Of a stretch of DNA of 64,000 nucleotides, positions 19,992-29,901 are shown one piece after another. The DNA lies in contig OZ271854.1 in assembly GCA_965601925.1 (NCBI GenBank), forward strand, positions 1,824,001-1,888,000. Direction: 5' to 3'. Each line of letters starts with the position of its first letter. Positions within the stretch are counted from its first letter, which is position 1. The stretch is from Alkalispirochaeta sp. (lineage in GTDB: Bacteria; Spirochaetota; Spirochaetia; DSM-27196; Alkalispirochaetaceae). Made by a program: the position numbers and the translations under genes. The notes beneath the pieces were generated by a model. That model was not told where the DNA came from, searched no databases, and saw only the letters and a list, made by a program, of their open reading frames with translations.

Positions 19992-20121
19992 CGAAAAGCG
20001 CCCGTACCGTTCGATCCGACTCGAGGGATCGGCCGACTGCGACACAATGTTGCACGTGCCGATTGTAATGCACGCATAATTGCCATACATTTGCATCTAT
20101 ATCCTACACTCTGGAGTACGA

Positions 20122-21024
20122 ATGAACCGGCTGATTGCCACGGTACTTGTCGCTTCGGTTTTTCTTACCGGGTGTGTAACGGCGACGAACGTTACCTTTG
20201 ATTCGAGTCCTCCCGGAGCCGACGTATTCGTGGACGGCGAGTTCGTCGGCAGAACTCCGGTCAGTCGCCGAATTGGCAACGGATTCTGGGTCGATCCGAC
20301 TATTCGCGTCGAGTTGGACGGACATGTTCCCGTATCCGCCGACATCGACAAAGAGTTAAAGGGAATCAACCTCGCCCTGGGCATAGCGTTATGGTTGCCC
20401 GCGCTGCTGTGGGTCTCAGGACCGCAGCCGCGACAGTTCTATGCGCTGCGAGCCGCCTCCGACCGTGCCGCAGAGACTCCGTCCGAAAGTGCACCTGATC
20501 GGGAATCGGACGGCGGTATCGTTACGCAGACGTTGGCGTCGATCCGACGGATTCTCGAAAACGGTCGCGAGTTGCGTTTGGCGGTGGTGGCCGCCACCGA
20601 CGCGGACGAGGGAGCGATGGCGGCGCACGTAGACTCGATAACCGTCGAGCTTCTGGATGCCTTCGGTTCCGATCCGCTGTTTACCGTAGTGAATCGTGAA
20701 TCTACCGCCGAGGTCCTGTCGGAGCTCGACTTTCAGTTTTCGGGCCTTGTCGACGACGAACAGATCTCCGAGTACGGGCGACTGTCCGGCGCGAACTATC
20801 TGCTCATCACCGACTACGAACGGCAAGAGCTGGAAAGTGTGTTAACCGTTTCCGATCGACGTCGGTTGGTCGAGGTCGAAACGGGAACCGTGTTCGCATC
20901 CGATATCGTCCAAATCACGATGATCTGGGATGTGCCGTCGGCGCAGTACCGCGTCGTCAGCTCTACGCACAACGGTCGTCCGATGACGATCATCGGCGGA
21001 CGGATGTTTTCCGTCGACGAGTAG
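20122..21024 (+). CDS. Lipoprotein: PEGA domain + CsgG/FlgO-like domain
   Basis: LTGC lipobox; SSPPGADVFVDGEFVGRTP (PEGA); VVNRE...LSELDFQFSGLVD...GRLSGANYL...LVEVETG (CsgG-like). Confidence 0.75.
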   Translation: MNRLIATVLVASVFLTGCVTATNVTFDSSPPGADVFVDGEFVGRTPVSRRIGNGFWVDPTIRVELDGHVPVSADIDKELKGINLALGIALWLPALLWVSGPQPRQFYALRAASDRAAETPSESAPDRESDGGIVTQTLASIRRILENGRELRLAVVAATDADEGAMAAHVDSITVELLDAFGSDPLFTVVNRESTAEVLSELDFQFSGLVDDEQISEYGRLSGANYLLITDYERQELESVLTVSDRRRLVEVETGTVFASDIVQITMIWDVPSAQYRVVSSTHNGRPMTIIGGRMFSVDE

Positions 21025-21140
21025 CGCCGCCTACCGATCGACATCCATGTACCGCACGAGAATGAGCGGCGAGCATTCTCGGCGATTCCCTCGGTCGTAC
21101 CGTATCGTACGTCCGGCGATCTGCTATTATATTCATCCTC

Positions 21141-22478
21141 ATGAGCCACAGAACCGGCATAAAACATCGCCTCGAGCATCCGCGCGACCTCATCGTATCG
21201 ATGATGCACCGCGTGTACCGTTACGGAATGACGACGACCTCCGGCGGCAATCTCAGCCTCCTCGACGAGAACGGTTCCGTGTGGCTCACTCCCGGCGGCG
21301 TGGATAAGGGAACTCTGCGCCGCGAGGACATTATCTGCATACGTCCCGACGGGACGGTCGAGGGGCCGCACAGGCCGTCATCCGAGTATCCCTTTCACCG
21401 TGCGATCTATCGCGCGCGTCCCGATGTTCGTGCGATCGTCCACGCCCATCCGCCGGCGTTGGTGAGTTTTTCGGCGGCCCGCATTCCCGTCGAGACGCGC
21501 GCAACGGCAAATGCGTGGCTCACCTGCGGCGACTGCCCCGTCGTGCCGTACGCCGCGCCGGGTAGCGAGGAGTTGGGGGCGAAGATCGCCGATCAGTTCG
21601 GCGCCGGTTCAAACGTAGTGCTCCTGGAAAACCACGGAACGGTTACCGTCGGCAACGATATATTCGAGGCCTTTATGCGCTTCGAGGCCCTCGATTTTTG
21701 CGCGCGCCTTCAGATCGAGGCGGCGCGCTTGGGGACTCTCGCCGTCCTCGACGACCGTGAGATCGCGGAAGTGCACAAAAAGGCGCCGATCCTCGATACG
21801 TTTGAGCTTTCCGACCACGGAACGGCGGAGAAAGAGCTCAGGCGCACGATGGCGGAGCTCACCCATCGCGCCTACGATCAGCACCTCGTAACCAGTACGG
21901 AGGGCACCTTTTCCACTCGCGTGGACGATACATCGTTTCTCATTACGCCCTACGGCTACGATCGAAAGCTATTGGAGCCGGCCGATATGGTGCTTGTGCG
22001 GCACGGAAAGGCGCAGGCGCACCGGCCGCCGAGTCGTTCGGTTCGCCTCCACCGCGCGATCTATCAGGCGCATCCCGATATCGGGGCGGTGATCATCGCC
22101 CATCCGCCCTCGATCATGGCCTTCGCGGTCACCGGTGTCCCGTTCGACTCGCGGGTCATCCCGGAGAGTTACATCATGCTACGCGATATCCCTCAGATGC
22201 CGTACGGCGTACCTTTCACGCAACACGATCGGATCGTGCGTACGCTCTCTCCCGCCTCGCCCAATATCATTGTGCGCAACGACTCGCTCATCGTCACCGG
22301 ATCGAGTCTGTTTGAAGCCTTTGATCGTCTCGAGGTCGCGGAGTTTACCGCCGCGGCGGTGCTTTCGGCGCGGGCGTTGGGGCCGGTCTTTTCAATCGGC
22401 GATGACGATATCCGCGATTTGGAGCGTTCGTTCAATCTTCCGCCGGCGGATCGCGCCGACGCAACGGACGCCGACTGA
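21141..22478 (+). CDS. Tandem two-domain class II aldolase/adducin family protein
   Basis: Domain 1: TTSGGNLS, PSSE, HAHPP, LENHG. Domain 2: TSTEGTFS, PSRS, IAHPP. Confidence 0.88.
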   Translation: MSHRTGIKHRLEHPRDLIVSMMHRVYRYGMTTTSGGNLSLLDENGSVWLTPGGVDKGTLRREDIICIRPDGTVEGPHRPSSEYPFHRAIYRARPDVRAIVHAHPPALVSFSAARIPVETRATANAWLTCGDCPVVPYAAPGSEELGAKIADQFGAGSNVVLLENHGTVTVGNDIFEAFMRFEALDFCARLQIEAARLGTLAVLDDREIAEVHKKAPILDTFELSDHGTAEKELRRTMAELTHRAYDQHLVTSTEGTFSTRVDDTSFLITPYGYDRKLLEPADMVLVRHGKAQAHRPPSRSVRLHRAIYQAHPDIGAVIIAHPPSIMAFAVTGVPFDSRVIPESYIMLRDIPQMPYGVPFTQHDRIVRTLSPASPNIIVRNDSLIVTGSSLFEAFDRLEVAEFTAAAVLSARALGPVFSIGDDDIRDLERSFNLPPADRADATDAD

Positions 22479-23457
22479 CGTTATAGCGCCGACCGAATAC
22501 GAGCTCTATCAGGACACTTCCCTGTGTCGCTCCCAAAAACGGCGTTTGCACGTTACGAAGATCCACCGTCGTGAGGCCCGCGAGGTACCAGTTGCGGCTG
22601 TTGTACCCCAAACTGAGGCGGCCGGAGATTTGCGGCGCAATCGACCATTCCGCTCCGCTGTCGTCGGCAACGTCAAAGTCGCTCCGTTGCAGGCCCAGAC
22701 CGACGGTAACGAGGGGTGCGAAAAAGAGTGATGAGTGGGTGAGAATGGTCGTGAAGCCGAAACCGCCGATCGCCGTATGCGTTTGGATATTCATCGATTC
22801 GCTCCAGATCGTGCCGTCCAGAGCCGGGATGCCGCGGCCCGGGCCGCTCGGCGCCGATATCGTAATGCGACTGATGGAACCCATCCAAACGAGACCGATA
22901 CGCGACCGTTCCGGGATCGTGTCCAGTTTGTATGCCGTCGCAAGGTTGACCCGCGAATTGCGACTCCAAAAAAACGACGCCGCGATCGTTTGCGCCGAAA
23001 GATCGGGAATCCTGGTGTCTTCGATCGGTACGTCGAAGTCCCGATCGTTATCGATGTACATCCCCTCGTGTTCCTGGTAGGTGATGTCGAGTGCATATCG
23101 CCGGCCGTAGAATTGCGCCTGGATATTGGTGAAGTCGGTCTCTCCTCGCGATTCCGACTCCTCCATCGATCCGGGGATGTTGAGACGCGCGCCGATGCCG
23201 ATCGATCTCCACGAAACGCCCAGAATGAGGTGAAGCGGTGCGTTGGGTGTTACGGTGAGGTTTCCGGTGCCGAGCCCATCCTCGTCGAGAGAAAAATTGA
23301 CGTTTTGCAGCCCCGTTCCGAACCCGAAGCGGAGTCCCAGGGGTGGGACGGCCTCTTCTGTAGCGTGTATCGGAGCAGCCGTGGCCGCGCACAACACGAT
23401 GAGCGCGATGGTGCGGCGGAGCCATCGTCGATCGGTGTATTGCGAATAAATGGGCAT
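22432..23457 (-). CDS. Exported beta-barrel-like protein (DUF4421-like)
   Basis: Signal peptide, amphipathic beta-strands, ends in ELVFGRRY. Confidence 0.6.
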   Translation of the reverse strand: MPIYSQYTDRRWLRRTIALIVLCAATAAPIHATEEAVPPLGLRFGFGTGLQNVNFSLDEDGLGTGNLTVTPNAPLHLILGVSWRSIGIGARLNIPGSMEESESRGETDFTNIQAQFYGRRYALDITYQEHEGMYIDNDRDFDVPIEDTRIPDLSAQTIAASFFWSRNSRVNLATAYKLDTIPERSRIGLVWMGSISRITISAPSGPGRGIPALDGTIWSESMNIQTHTAIGGFGFTTILTHSSLFFAPLVTVGLGLQRSDFDVADDSGAEWSIAPQISGRLSLGYNSRNWYLAGLTTVDLRNVQTPFLGATQGSVLIELVFGRRYNVSRRPLRRRDPPAED

Positions 23458-23547
23458 GTATGAACGGAAGTGTAACGCATTTCCACGACGCTTTCCGCGC
23501 CCTGCGGATTCCGACCACCGTAGTGTAAAAAAGCCGTCGTTGGCGCC

Positions 23548-23591
23548 TTGACTTTTGTTTTATCTAATACTATATTTTGATTGATCAAAAT
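23548..23591 (+). promoter_or_regulatory. tro promoter with overlapping DtxR/TroR-type operator
   Basis: TTGACT(23548)-17 nt-TATATT(23571); palindrome ATTTTGAT-TG-ATCAAAAT at 23574-23591. Confidence 0.8.
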
Positions 23592-23613
23592 TACATGTTC
23601 CGAGGAGTACGCG

Positions 23614-24774
23614 ATGAAGCACACAATGAAGACGCATCAAAGGAGAACCGCTTTCGCATCCCGGGGTCGTCGGCTCTCGACATCGCGGTCGCTCGCTCTT
23701 GTGCTTGTCGCTATCGCGGGAGTCCTTCCTCTCGCCGCGTCGGGTGCTCGGGAAGGTGCCTCCGCCCCGACGCAGGATGCCGCTCCTGAGGCGCGTACCG
23801 AGCCCATCGAGGCCCGGGACGACGGCGTGTTTCGTATCGTGACGACGACGACCCAGGCGACCGATCTCATCGACATCTTGACGCGCGGCGTCGAGGGAGT
23901 CGAGATGACGCCGCTCATGGGCGCCGGGGTCGATCCGCATCTCTATCAGCCTACTGAGGGTGACATCGCGGCGATGAGTCGCGCCGATATGGTGGTCTAT
24001 AGCGGTCTTCACCTCGAGGGGCAGTTCGATACCGTGTTCGAGGCGCTGCGCGAGCAAGATATACTCATCTACGCGCTCTCCGGGCCGGTACGGGATGCCG
24101 GTTTCGTCATCGGCGCTTTCGATTCGAATTTGGCGCAACTCGGTACCGACGATCCCCATTTTTGGTTTGATCCGCGCAATTGGGAGGTCACGACTCGCGA
24201 TCTCGCCGATGCATTGGCCGCCGTGAATCCCGCCGCCGCCGATGTCTTTCTCGCCAATGCCGAGCACTACACCGCGCAGTTGGAACTCTTGTATGACTGG
24301 GCCGATCGCGGTATGCGCGCGATACCGGGCGGCCAGCGATATTTGGTGACCTCTCACGACGCTTTCCAGTACTTCGGAGCGGCCTTCGGATGGCGCATGG
24401 CCGCCATTCAAGGCATCAGTACCGAGGATGAGGCGGGCGTCGGCGATGTACAGGACACGGTCGACTTCGTCATTACCAACGAGATTCCCGTTCTTTTCGT
24501 CGAAAGCAGTATCCCTCCCGACACGATTCAGGCGGTCGAGGAGGCGATTCGTGCCGAAGGGGGAGTCGTACGCCTCGGTGTACGGGAGTTGTACTCCGAC
24601 GCTATGGGTGAGCGCGGAACGTTCGGCGGTACCTACGTGGGTATGGTCGCCGAAAACGTGCTCACGATTCTTCAGTCCTATCGCTGCGCCGGCGTCGACG
24701 TCACGATCCCCGACTGGCCGGTCGGCGTATCGCCGGTACCTCCCGAGGAGATACTCAATGTGGCCTGTGAGTAG
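23614..24774 (+). CDS. troA: Mn/Zn ABC substrate-binding protein (TroA)
   Basis: GVDPHLY, DPHFWFD, TSHDAF and LYSDA give a His-His-His-Asp ligand set. Confidence 0.92.
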   Translation: MKHTMKTHQRRTAFASRGRRLSTSRSLALVLVAIAGVLPLAASGAREGASAPTQDAAPEARTEPIEARDDGVFRIVTTTTQATDLIDILTRGVEGVEMTPLMGAGVDPHLYQPTEGDIAAMSRADMVVYSGLHLEGQFDTVFEALREQDILIYALSGPVRDAGFVIGAFDSNLAQLGTDDPHFWFDPRNWEVTTRDLADALAAVNPAAADVFLANAEHYTAQLELLYDWADRGMRAIPGGQRYLVTSHDAFQYFGAAFGWRMAAIQGISTEDEAGVGDVQDTVDFVITNEIPVLFVESSIPPDTIQAVEEAIRAEGGVVRLGVRELYSDAMGERGTFGGTYVGMVAENVLTILQSYRCAGVDVTIPDWPVGVSPVPPEEILNVACE

Positions 24775-25591
24775 AGATAAACGAAGCGTTGCCGGAGACG
24801 GCGGACCGCGCAGGTCCGACCGTAGCCCTCTTGCGGCTCTCACCGTCGACGATCTTACGATCGCCTACCACGGAAAACCGGCGATTTGGGACGTCGATCT
24901 CAACGTTCCGCAGGGCGTGCTTATGGCGCTCGTAGGTCCCAACGGCGCGGGGAAGAGCACGCTGCTCAAGGCGATACTCGGCCTCGTTTCGCGGTCCGCG
25001 GGAACGGTCGAGGTCTTCGGGCAATCGTACGAGCGTTCGCGGTCGATGGTCGGATACGTCCCGCAGCGCGGGAGCGTCGACTGGGATTTCCCGACGACGG
25101 TGCTCGACGTCGTGACGATGGGGTTGTACGGTCGCCTCGGATTGGTCCGGCGCCCCGGCAAACGGGAGCGCGAGGCGGCGATGTACGCACTCGAGCAGGT
25201 GAAGCTCCAGGACTTTGCATCTCGGCAGATCAGTCAGCTCTCCGGCGGTCAGCAACAGCGCACCTTTCTCGCGCGTGCGCTCGTCCAGGATGCCCGTCTG
25301 TACCTCATGGATGAGCCGTTTGCCGCCGTTGACGCGGTAACGGAGCGGTCGATCGTGGCGATTCTCAAGGCGCTCCAGGAGCGCGGGCGCACCGTCGTCG
25401 TCGTGCATCACGATCTGCAGACCGTGACTGAGTATTTCGACTGGGTAACGCTCCTTAATGTGGAGATCGTCGCCAGTGGGCCGACCTCCGAGGTATTTAC
25501 CGCCGATATGTTGCGTAAGACCTACGGCGGCAGCGTCGCTTCGGTCGCCGGTGTAGCCGCCGGCCGAGCTGCGAACCCAGTTGAGGATTAG
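24758..25591 (+). CDS. troB: Metal ABC transporter ATPase (TroB)
   Basis: [30 protein letters not shown] and VHHDL motifs; GAGGAG RBS before ATG 24758. Confidence 0.92.
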   Translation: MWPVSRDKRSVAGDGGPRRSDRSPLAALTVDDLTIAYHGKPAIWDVDLNVPQGVLMALVGPNGAGKSTLLKAILGLVSRSAGTVEVFGQSYERSRSMVGYVPQRGSVDWDFPTTVLDVVTMGLYGRLGLVRRPGKREREAAMYALEQVKLQDFASRQISQLSGGQQQRTFLARALVQDARLYLMDEPFAAVDAVTERSIVAILKALQERGRTVVVVHHDLQTVTEYFDWVTLLNVEIVASGPTSEVFTADMLRKTYGGSVASVAGVAAGRAANPVED

Positions 25592-27001
25592 ATGACGCGC
25601 GTACGTCGTGGGAGTCGCGGCGCGACGATCTTTTCGGATGTCGGCCGCGACCGCCCGTTTTCCTCCGATCGGCGGGTGTTCTTCGTATTCGCCGCGACGA
25701 TTGCGATGATGATACTCTTCGTGCCGACGAGCGTTGTCGTCCTCGGCGTTCGATACACCTACACGCTCCGTACCGTGGCGCTCGGCGGAGCGTTGCTGGG
25801 TGCGGTGAGTGGGTTTCTCGGGTGCTTCGCGGTGTTGCGAAAACAGAGCCTCCTCGGCGATGCACTTTCGCACGCGGCGCTCCCCGGTGTGGCGATTGCA
25901 TTTCTCATCGCCGGGCGAGAGTTAGGTGCGCTTTTGATCGGGGCGGCCGTCGCGAGTTGGCTCGGCGTCGGCTTCATCAGACTCGTCGCGGGTAATACCC
26001 GGATTAAGGACGATACGGCGATGGGGATCGTGCTCGCCGGTTGGTTTGCCGCCGGTATCGTCGGTTTGACCTACATTCAAGGGCGACCGGATGCGAGTCA
26101 GGCGGGCCTCGACAGCTTCATATTCGGCCAGGCAGCAGCCATCGTCCGCGGTGAGGTACGGCTCGTTGCCGTCGTCTCCGCGATTGCGCTCGGCGTCGTA
26201 GCGCTCTTTTGGAAGCAATTCAAGATCATCGCCTTCGATCCCGAGTTCTCCGGCGCGAACGGATTTCGCGTGTCGTTGTGGAACGGTTTGCTTTCGGCGC
26301 TCGTCGTAATCGCAATCGTCATGGGGCTGCAACTCGCCGGCGTCATTCTCATGGTCGGCATGCTGATCGCCCCCGGTGTTGCGGCACGGCAGTGGACGGA
26401 CACGCTGGGTCACATGACACTCCTCGCCGCGCTGTTCGGCGCCGCCTCCGGCGCCGTCGGAGCAATTCTCAGCGCCGTCGAAAGCGATCTGCCTACCGGC
26501 CCTATGATTATCGTGACTTCAACGTGCATCGTGTTCATCTCCATCGCCTTTGCGCCGCGACGCGGTGTCGTATGGGTCGCGCTCGCCCGTCGTGCCGACA
26601 GCCGGCGGTTCGCCATGCGAACGCTCCTGAGAGACGTCTACCACTACGCCTACGACCATCGAAGCGACAATGTGCCGGAGGAGTTTCTCCTGGGCGTTCG
26701 TGGCCGGGCGGGGCGTAGAGCGCTCCGCGCGCTGCTGGGGAGGCGACTGTTGCGCCGTATTCAGGAGAGCGCGGAGATCGTAAACTGGTGTCTCACCGAC
26801 AAAGGGGCCGAGATCGCGCGGTCGGACGCGCGCAATCAGCGTCTATGGGATCTCTATCGGGAGCTCGCGGACAAACTCGACCTCCCTGCGGTCCCCGAGG
26901 AGCGAGAGCGCGACATACGAGCCGTACTCCCCACCGGGGCGGTCGAAGTATTGGAGGAGATGCTCGGAGAAGAGGGAGCGGAACCCCGTGTTCGCGGTTG
27001 A
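25592..27001 (+). CDS. troC: Metal ABC permease (TroC) fused to a degenerate DtxR-like C-terminal domain
   Basis: SLLGDALSHAALPG and LPTGP; C-tail LTDKGAEIARSDARNQRLWDLY. Confidence 0.88.
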   Translation: MTRVRRGSRGATIFSDVGRDRPFSSDRRVFFVFAATIAMMILFVPTSVVVLGVRYTYTLRTVALGGALLGAVSGFLGCFAVLRKQSLLGDALSHAALPGVAIAFLIAGRELGALLIGAAVASWLGVGFIRLVAGNTRIKDDTAMGIVLAGWFAAGIVGLTYIQGRPDASQAGLDSFIFGQAAAIVRGEVRLVAVVSAIALGVVALFWKQFKIIAFDPEFSGANGFRVSLWNGLLSALVVIAIVMGLQLAGVILMVGMLIAPGVAARQWTDTLGHMTLLAALFGAASGAVGAILSAVESDLPTGPMIIVTSTCIVFISIAFAPRRGVVWVALARRADSRRFAMRTLLRDVYHYAYDHRSDNVPEEFLLGVRGRAGRRALRALLGRRLLRRIQESAEIVNWCLTDKGAEIARSDARNQRLWDLYRELADKLDLPAVPEERERDIRAVLPTGAVEVLEEMLGEEGAEPRVRG

Positions 27002-28457
27002 GGCGCTATTTGTCGATATCGTCGTTCGTCTCTTCGAGGTCGACGCGATCAACGACTTTTTTCGGGACCCGCGCACTACGGCACGTATCATCGGGGTGCT
27101 CATCGCAGTTGCCGGCGGCGTGCTGGGGACGTTCCTCCTCCTGCGCGGAATGGCCCTAACCAGCGACGCAATCAGCCATACGGTGCTCCTCGGCATCGTC
27201 GTTGCGTTCATGGTTATGACTCGCTGGTTCGGGGCGGAACCCGACCTCTCGTCGCCGTGGTTGATCGTCGGGGCGGCCGCGGCCGGTGTCGCCACGGTCG
27301 TGTTGACGGAGATCATTCAGCATTCCGGGCTGATGCGCCAAGACGCGGCGCTCGGTCTCGCGTTTCCCTTTCTCTTCGCTCTGGCGATCATTTTTATTGC
27401 ACGCTACGTCGACAACGTGCACATGGACGACGACGCGGTTATGGTCGGTGAGATCGGTGTCGCCTGGGCCAATACCAACAGCCATTGTATCGGCGCGTGC
27501 GAGGAGGTCGTCATAACCGAGGACGATCCGCGCGCTATCATCACCCGACGATGCACGAACTGCGTCGCCGACGGCATCAGCCCTCGCGATCCCGGCGCGG
27601 AGTTCGTGGAGATATGCACCAATTGCGGTACTTACACGCCGGGCCAGGCGTGGCAGGCGGGACTCGCGGAAGAGCGCCCGACCCTCGTCCACTGGCCGCG
27701 GTCGATCACCGTAACGGTGATGATGACGCTCCTGGCGGTGGCCTTTGTAGCGGTGTTCTACAAGGAGCTCAAGATCACGACCTTCGATCCGAGCCTTGCA
27801 CGATCGCTGGGATATCGCCCGACGACGTTCAATTACGCGCTTATGGTTGTGGTGAGCTTGGTCGCGGTGGCCGCGTTTGACGCCGTTGGATCGATTCTCG
27901 TCATCGCATTTTTCATCATTCCGCCCGCCTCGGCGTACCTGCTTACCAACCGACTGTCGATTATGGCACTCCTCGCCGCGGCGATCGGCAGCGCGGGAGC
28001 GTTTTGGGGATACGATCTGGCCCGCGGAAGCCTCTTCGGCGTCGTCGACCTTCCCGGAACGTGGGACACCTCGATCTCGGCCTCGATGGTGCTCATGATG
28101 CTGCTGCTGTTCGTGATAGTGCTCGCCGCCTCGCCGCACTTCGGAATGGTAGCCGTCGTCCTACGGCGATTCCGTCGGCGACGCGCCTTCGCGGAGTTCG
28201 TGATTCTTGGGCATATGACGCACCATAGGAATGCGCGCGAGTTACCCCTCGCGACGCTGGCCGGACAGATACGCTGGGAGACCGAGCGTCTCCATCGCGT
28301 CGCGGAGCGCCTAAAGCGAAAGGGGTTTGTGACGTTCGTCGACCGTGGCATCGCCGTCACCCCACGAGGCGTCGACGCGATCGATCAGTTTCGTCGTGAG
28401 ACGTTTACCCGATCGGACGAGAATCCAGACTCTCCGAAAGCGTCTGATCACCGATAA
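26988..28457 (+). CDS. troD: Metal ABC permease (TroD) with Cys-rich insertion and C-terminal winged helix
   Basis: DAISHTVLLGIV, KELKITTFDP and AFDAVGSILV; six-Cys insert; tail LKRKGFV...VTPRG. Confidence 0.88.
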   Translation: MFAVEALFVDIVVRLFEVDAINDFFRDPRTTARIIGVLIAVAGGVLGTFLLLRGMALTSDAISHTVLLGIVVAFMVMTRWFGAEPDLSSPWLIVGAAAAGVATVVLTEIIQHSGLMRQDAALGLAFPFLFALAIIFIARYVDNVHMDDDAVMVGEIGVAWANTNSHCIGACEEVVITEDDPRAIITRRCTNCVADGISPRDPGAEFVEICTNCGTYTPGQAWQAGLAEERPTLVHWPRSITVTVMMTLLAVAFVAVFYKELKITTFDPSLARSLGYRPTTFNYALMVVVSLVAVAAFDAVGSILVIAFFIIPPASAYLLTNRLSIMALLAAAIGSAGAFWGYDLARGSLFGVVDLPGTWDTSISASMVLMMLLLFVIVLAASPHFGMVAVVLRRFRRRRAFAEFVILGHMTHHRNARELPLATLAGQIRWETERLHRVAERLKRKGFVTFVDRGIAVTPRGVDAIDQFRRETFTRSDENPDSPKASDHR

Positions 28458-29007
28458 GCGCCAAACGCTCCTCACTTGTCTCGCGAAGCCACGCGGGAAG
28501 TTGCGGAACCGATAGCAGCCTATTGAGAAGTTCGCGCGCCTCGCTGTGGCGACTGCCGTTCATATACAGCGCTGCGAGAGCGTGGAGTGCCAGCACATCG
28601 TACGGCTCGATCGCTATCGTCTCTTCTAAGAGAAATCGCGCCTCGTCGAGACGACTCTCTCGATACAGTACCATCGACAGATTGCGGAGTATGGAAGCTC
28701 GTTCACGGTCCGTGGGATGTGCGGCAAGTCCGCGGTGGAACCAGCGCTTTGCCTCTTCTTCGTTGTCTTGGCGTAGCCATGCGCACCCCAGCGCCTCGCA
28801 TGTCGCCGGTCCGTCCTCGTCGAGGATTACCGCCCGCATAAGCGCCGCGACCGCCCGTTTGTGATGTCCCGTTTCGGTATAGCACGTTCCCAAAAGGATC
28901 CACGACTCGGCGTCAAAGGGATCCTCCAACACCAACCCCGAGAGGGTCGCGATTGCGGATGAAAAGTGTCGGCGCGTAAGGAGCGTCTTAACGGTATCTC
29001 TATTCAT
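28405..29007 (-). CDS. Tetratricopeptide repeat protein
   Basis: Several TPR-like helical repeats (W..LG..Y, A...L..A...P); TTGCTT-17-TACACT upstream. Confidence 0.8.
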   Translation of the reverse strand: MNRDTVKTLLTRRHFSSAIATLSGLVLEDPFDAESWILLGTCYTETGHHKRAVAALMRAVILDEDGPATCEALGCAWLRQDNEEEAKRWFHRGLAAHPTDRERASILRNLSMVLYRESRLDEARFLLEETIAIEPYDVLALHALAALYMNGSRHSEARELLNRLLSVPQLPAWLRETSEERLALIGDQTLSESLDSRPIG

Positions 29008-29154
29008 GCGGAACTCTCCGAAAAACGGATTAATGGATGCTTATAATGTTCGGACGAACTAACAATAACAGTGTAATCTACGGCGCCCGATAAAGCAAGT
29101 GGTCCACGGTCGGAATGCAGAACGATCGGACACCGATATGGACGCTCCGTCGCC

Positions 29155-29856
29155 CTACGCCAAGAAGGTTGCGACGCGAGCCGTGAGATCCCGCCGGACC
29201 TCGGGGCGATGTGCCGCCCACCGGTGAATCGGGTGCGGACACTCGGCAATCTCGACGAACTCGACACCGCCGCGAGCGGTCAGCGCGTTTTTGTACATCG
29301 CGACGACCGCATCGGGGATGATTTCGTCACGTTCGCCCATGATCAGCAGCGTATCGCCGCAAAAAAGAGCGAGAAGATCGGTGATATCGCTGTGTAGAAA
29401 CGAGTCCGGCGCCCGTATGATTTCGGTAAATCCCGACTCGAACGGTACGTCCCACGCGTCTACCGAGTACGCAGCCGGGCAAAACAGTACCAAGCGTTCG
29501 ACATCGACTCTGCTCGCCACGGCGCTCGCGATGTATCCGCCCATACTCGATCCGATTACGAACGGGATTCCGTTGAGTCCGAAGTAGGAGAGAACCGACT
29601 CGGTCTCCTCCACGCGTTTTTTCAGGCTCGAGTCGGCCATAGTACCGGTGCTCTCGCCCTGGCCGGAGAAATCGAATCTGATCACCGTCCTCCCTGCGTT
29701 TTGCAGATGACGCGCCAAATACTCCGTGGAGTGTCTATCGGACGGTCCACCGCCGTGCAGAGTGATGACCGACGGCGGGGGATCGGCGTGTGCGTAGTCT
29801 ACGGAGCACGCCAACACCTCGTCGCCGGCGGGGATTCGATACTCTTTCGTGTTCAC
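29155..29856 (-). CDS. Alpha/beta-fold hydrolase
   Basis: LHGGG, FDFSGQGES, GSSMGG nucleophile elbow, DEII, catalytic His near the C-terminus. Confidence 0.9.
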   Translation of the reverse strand: MNTKEYRIPAGDEVLACSVDYAHADPPPSVITLHGGGPSDRHSTEYLARHLQNAGRTVIRFDFSGQGESTGTMADSSLKKRVEETESVLSYFGLNGIPFVIGSSMGGYIASAVASRVDVERLVLFCPAAYSVDAWDVPFESGFTEIIRAPDSFLHSDITDLLALFCGDTLLIMGERDEIIPDAVVAMYKNALTARGGVEFVEIAECPHPIHRWAAHRPEVRRDLTARVATFLA

Positions 29857-29901
29857 GTGAGGTATTGTCGACGGAAAACGCTTCTCGCGTCTATCGTCAG
29901 T

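Noticed and set aside
23560..24843. Long antisense ORFs (e.g. 427 aa here; also 52969-54204, 51462-52538, 42957-43964, 59917-60897)
   Set aside because: Shadow frames of well-supported genes; expected in GC-rich DNA and without family motifs.
29004..29267. 87-aa ORF between the TPR and hydrolase genes
   Set aside because: Overlaps the hydrolase out of frame, runs through the TPR promoter, and has no motif.
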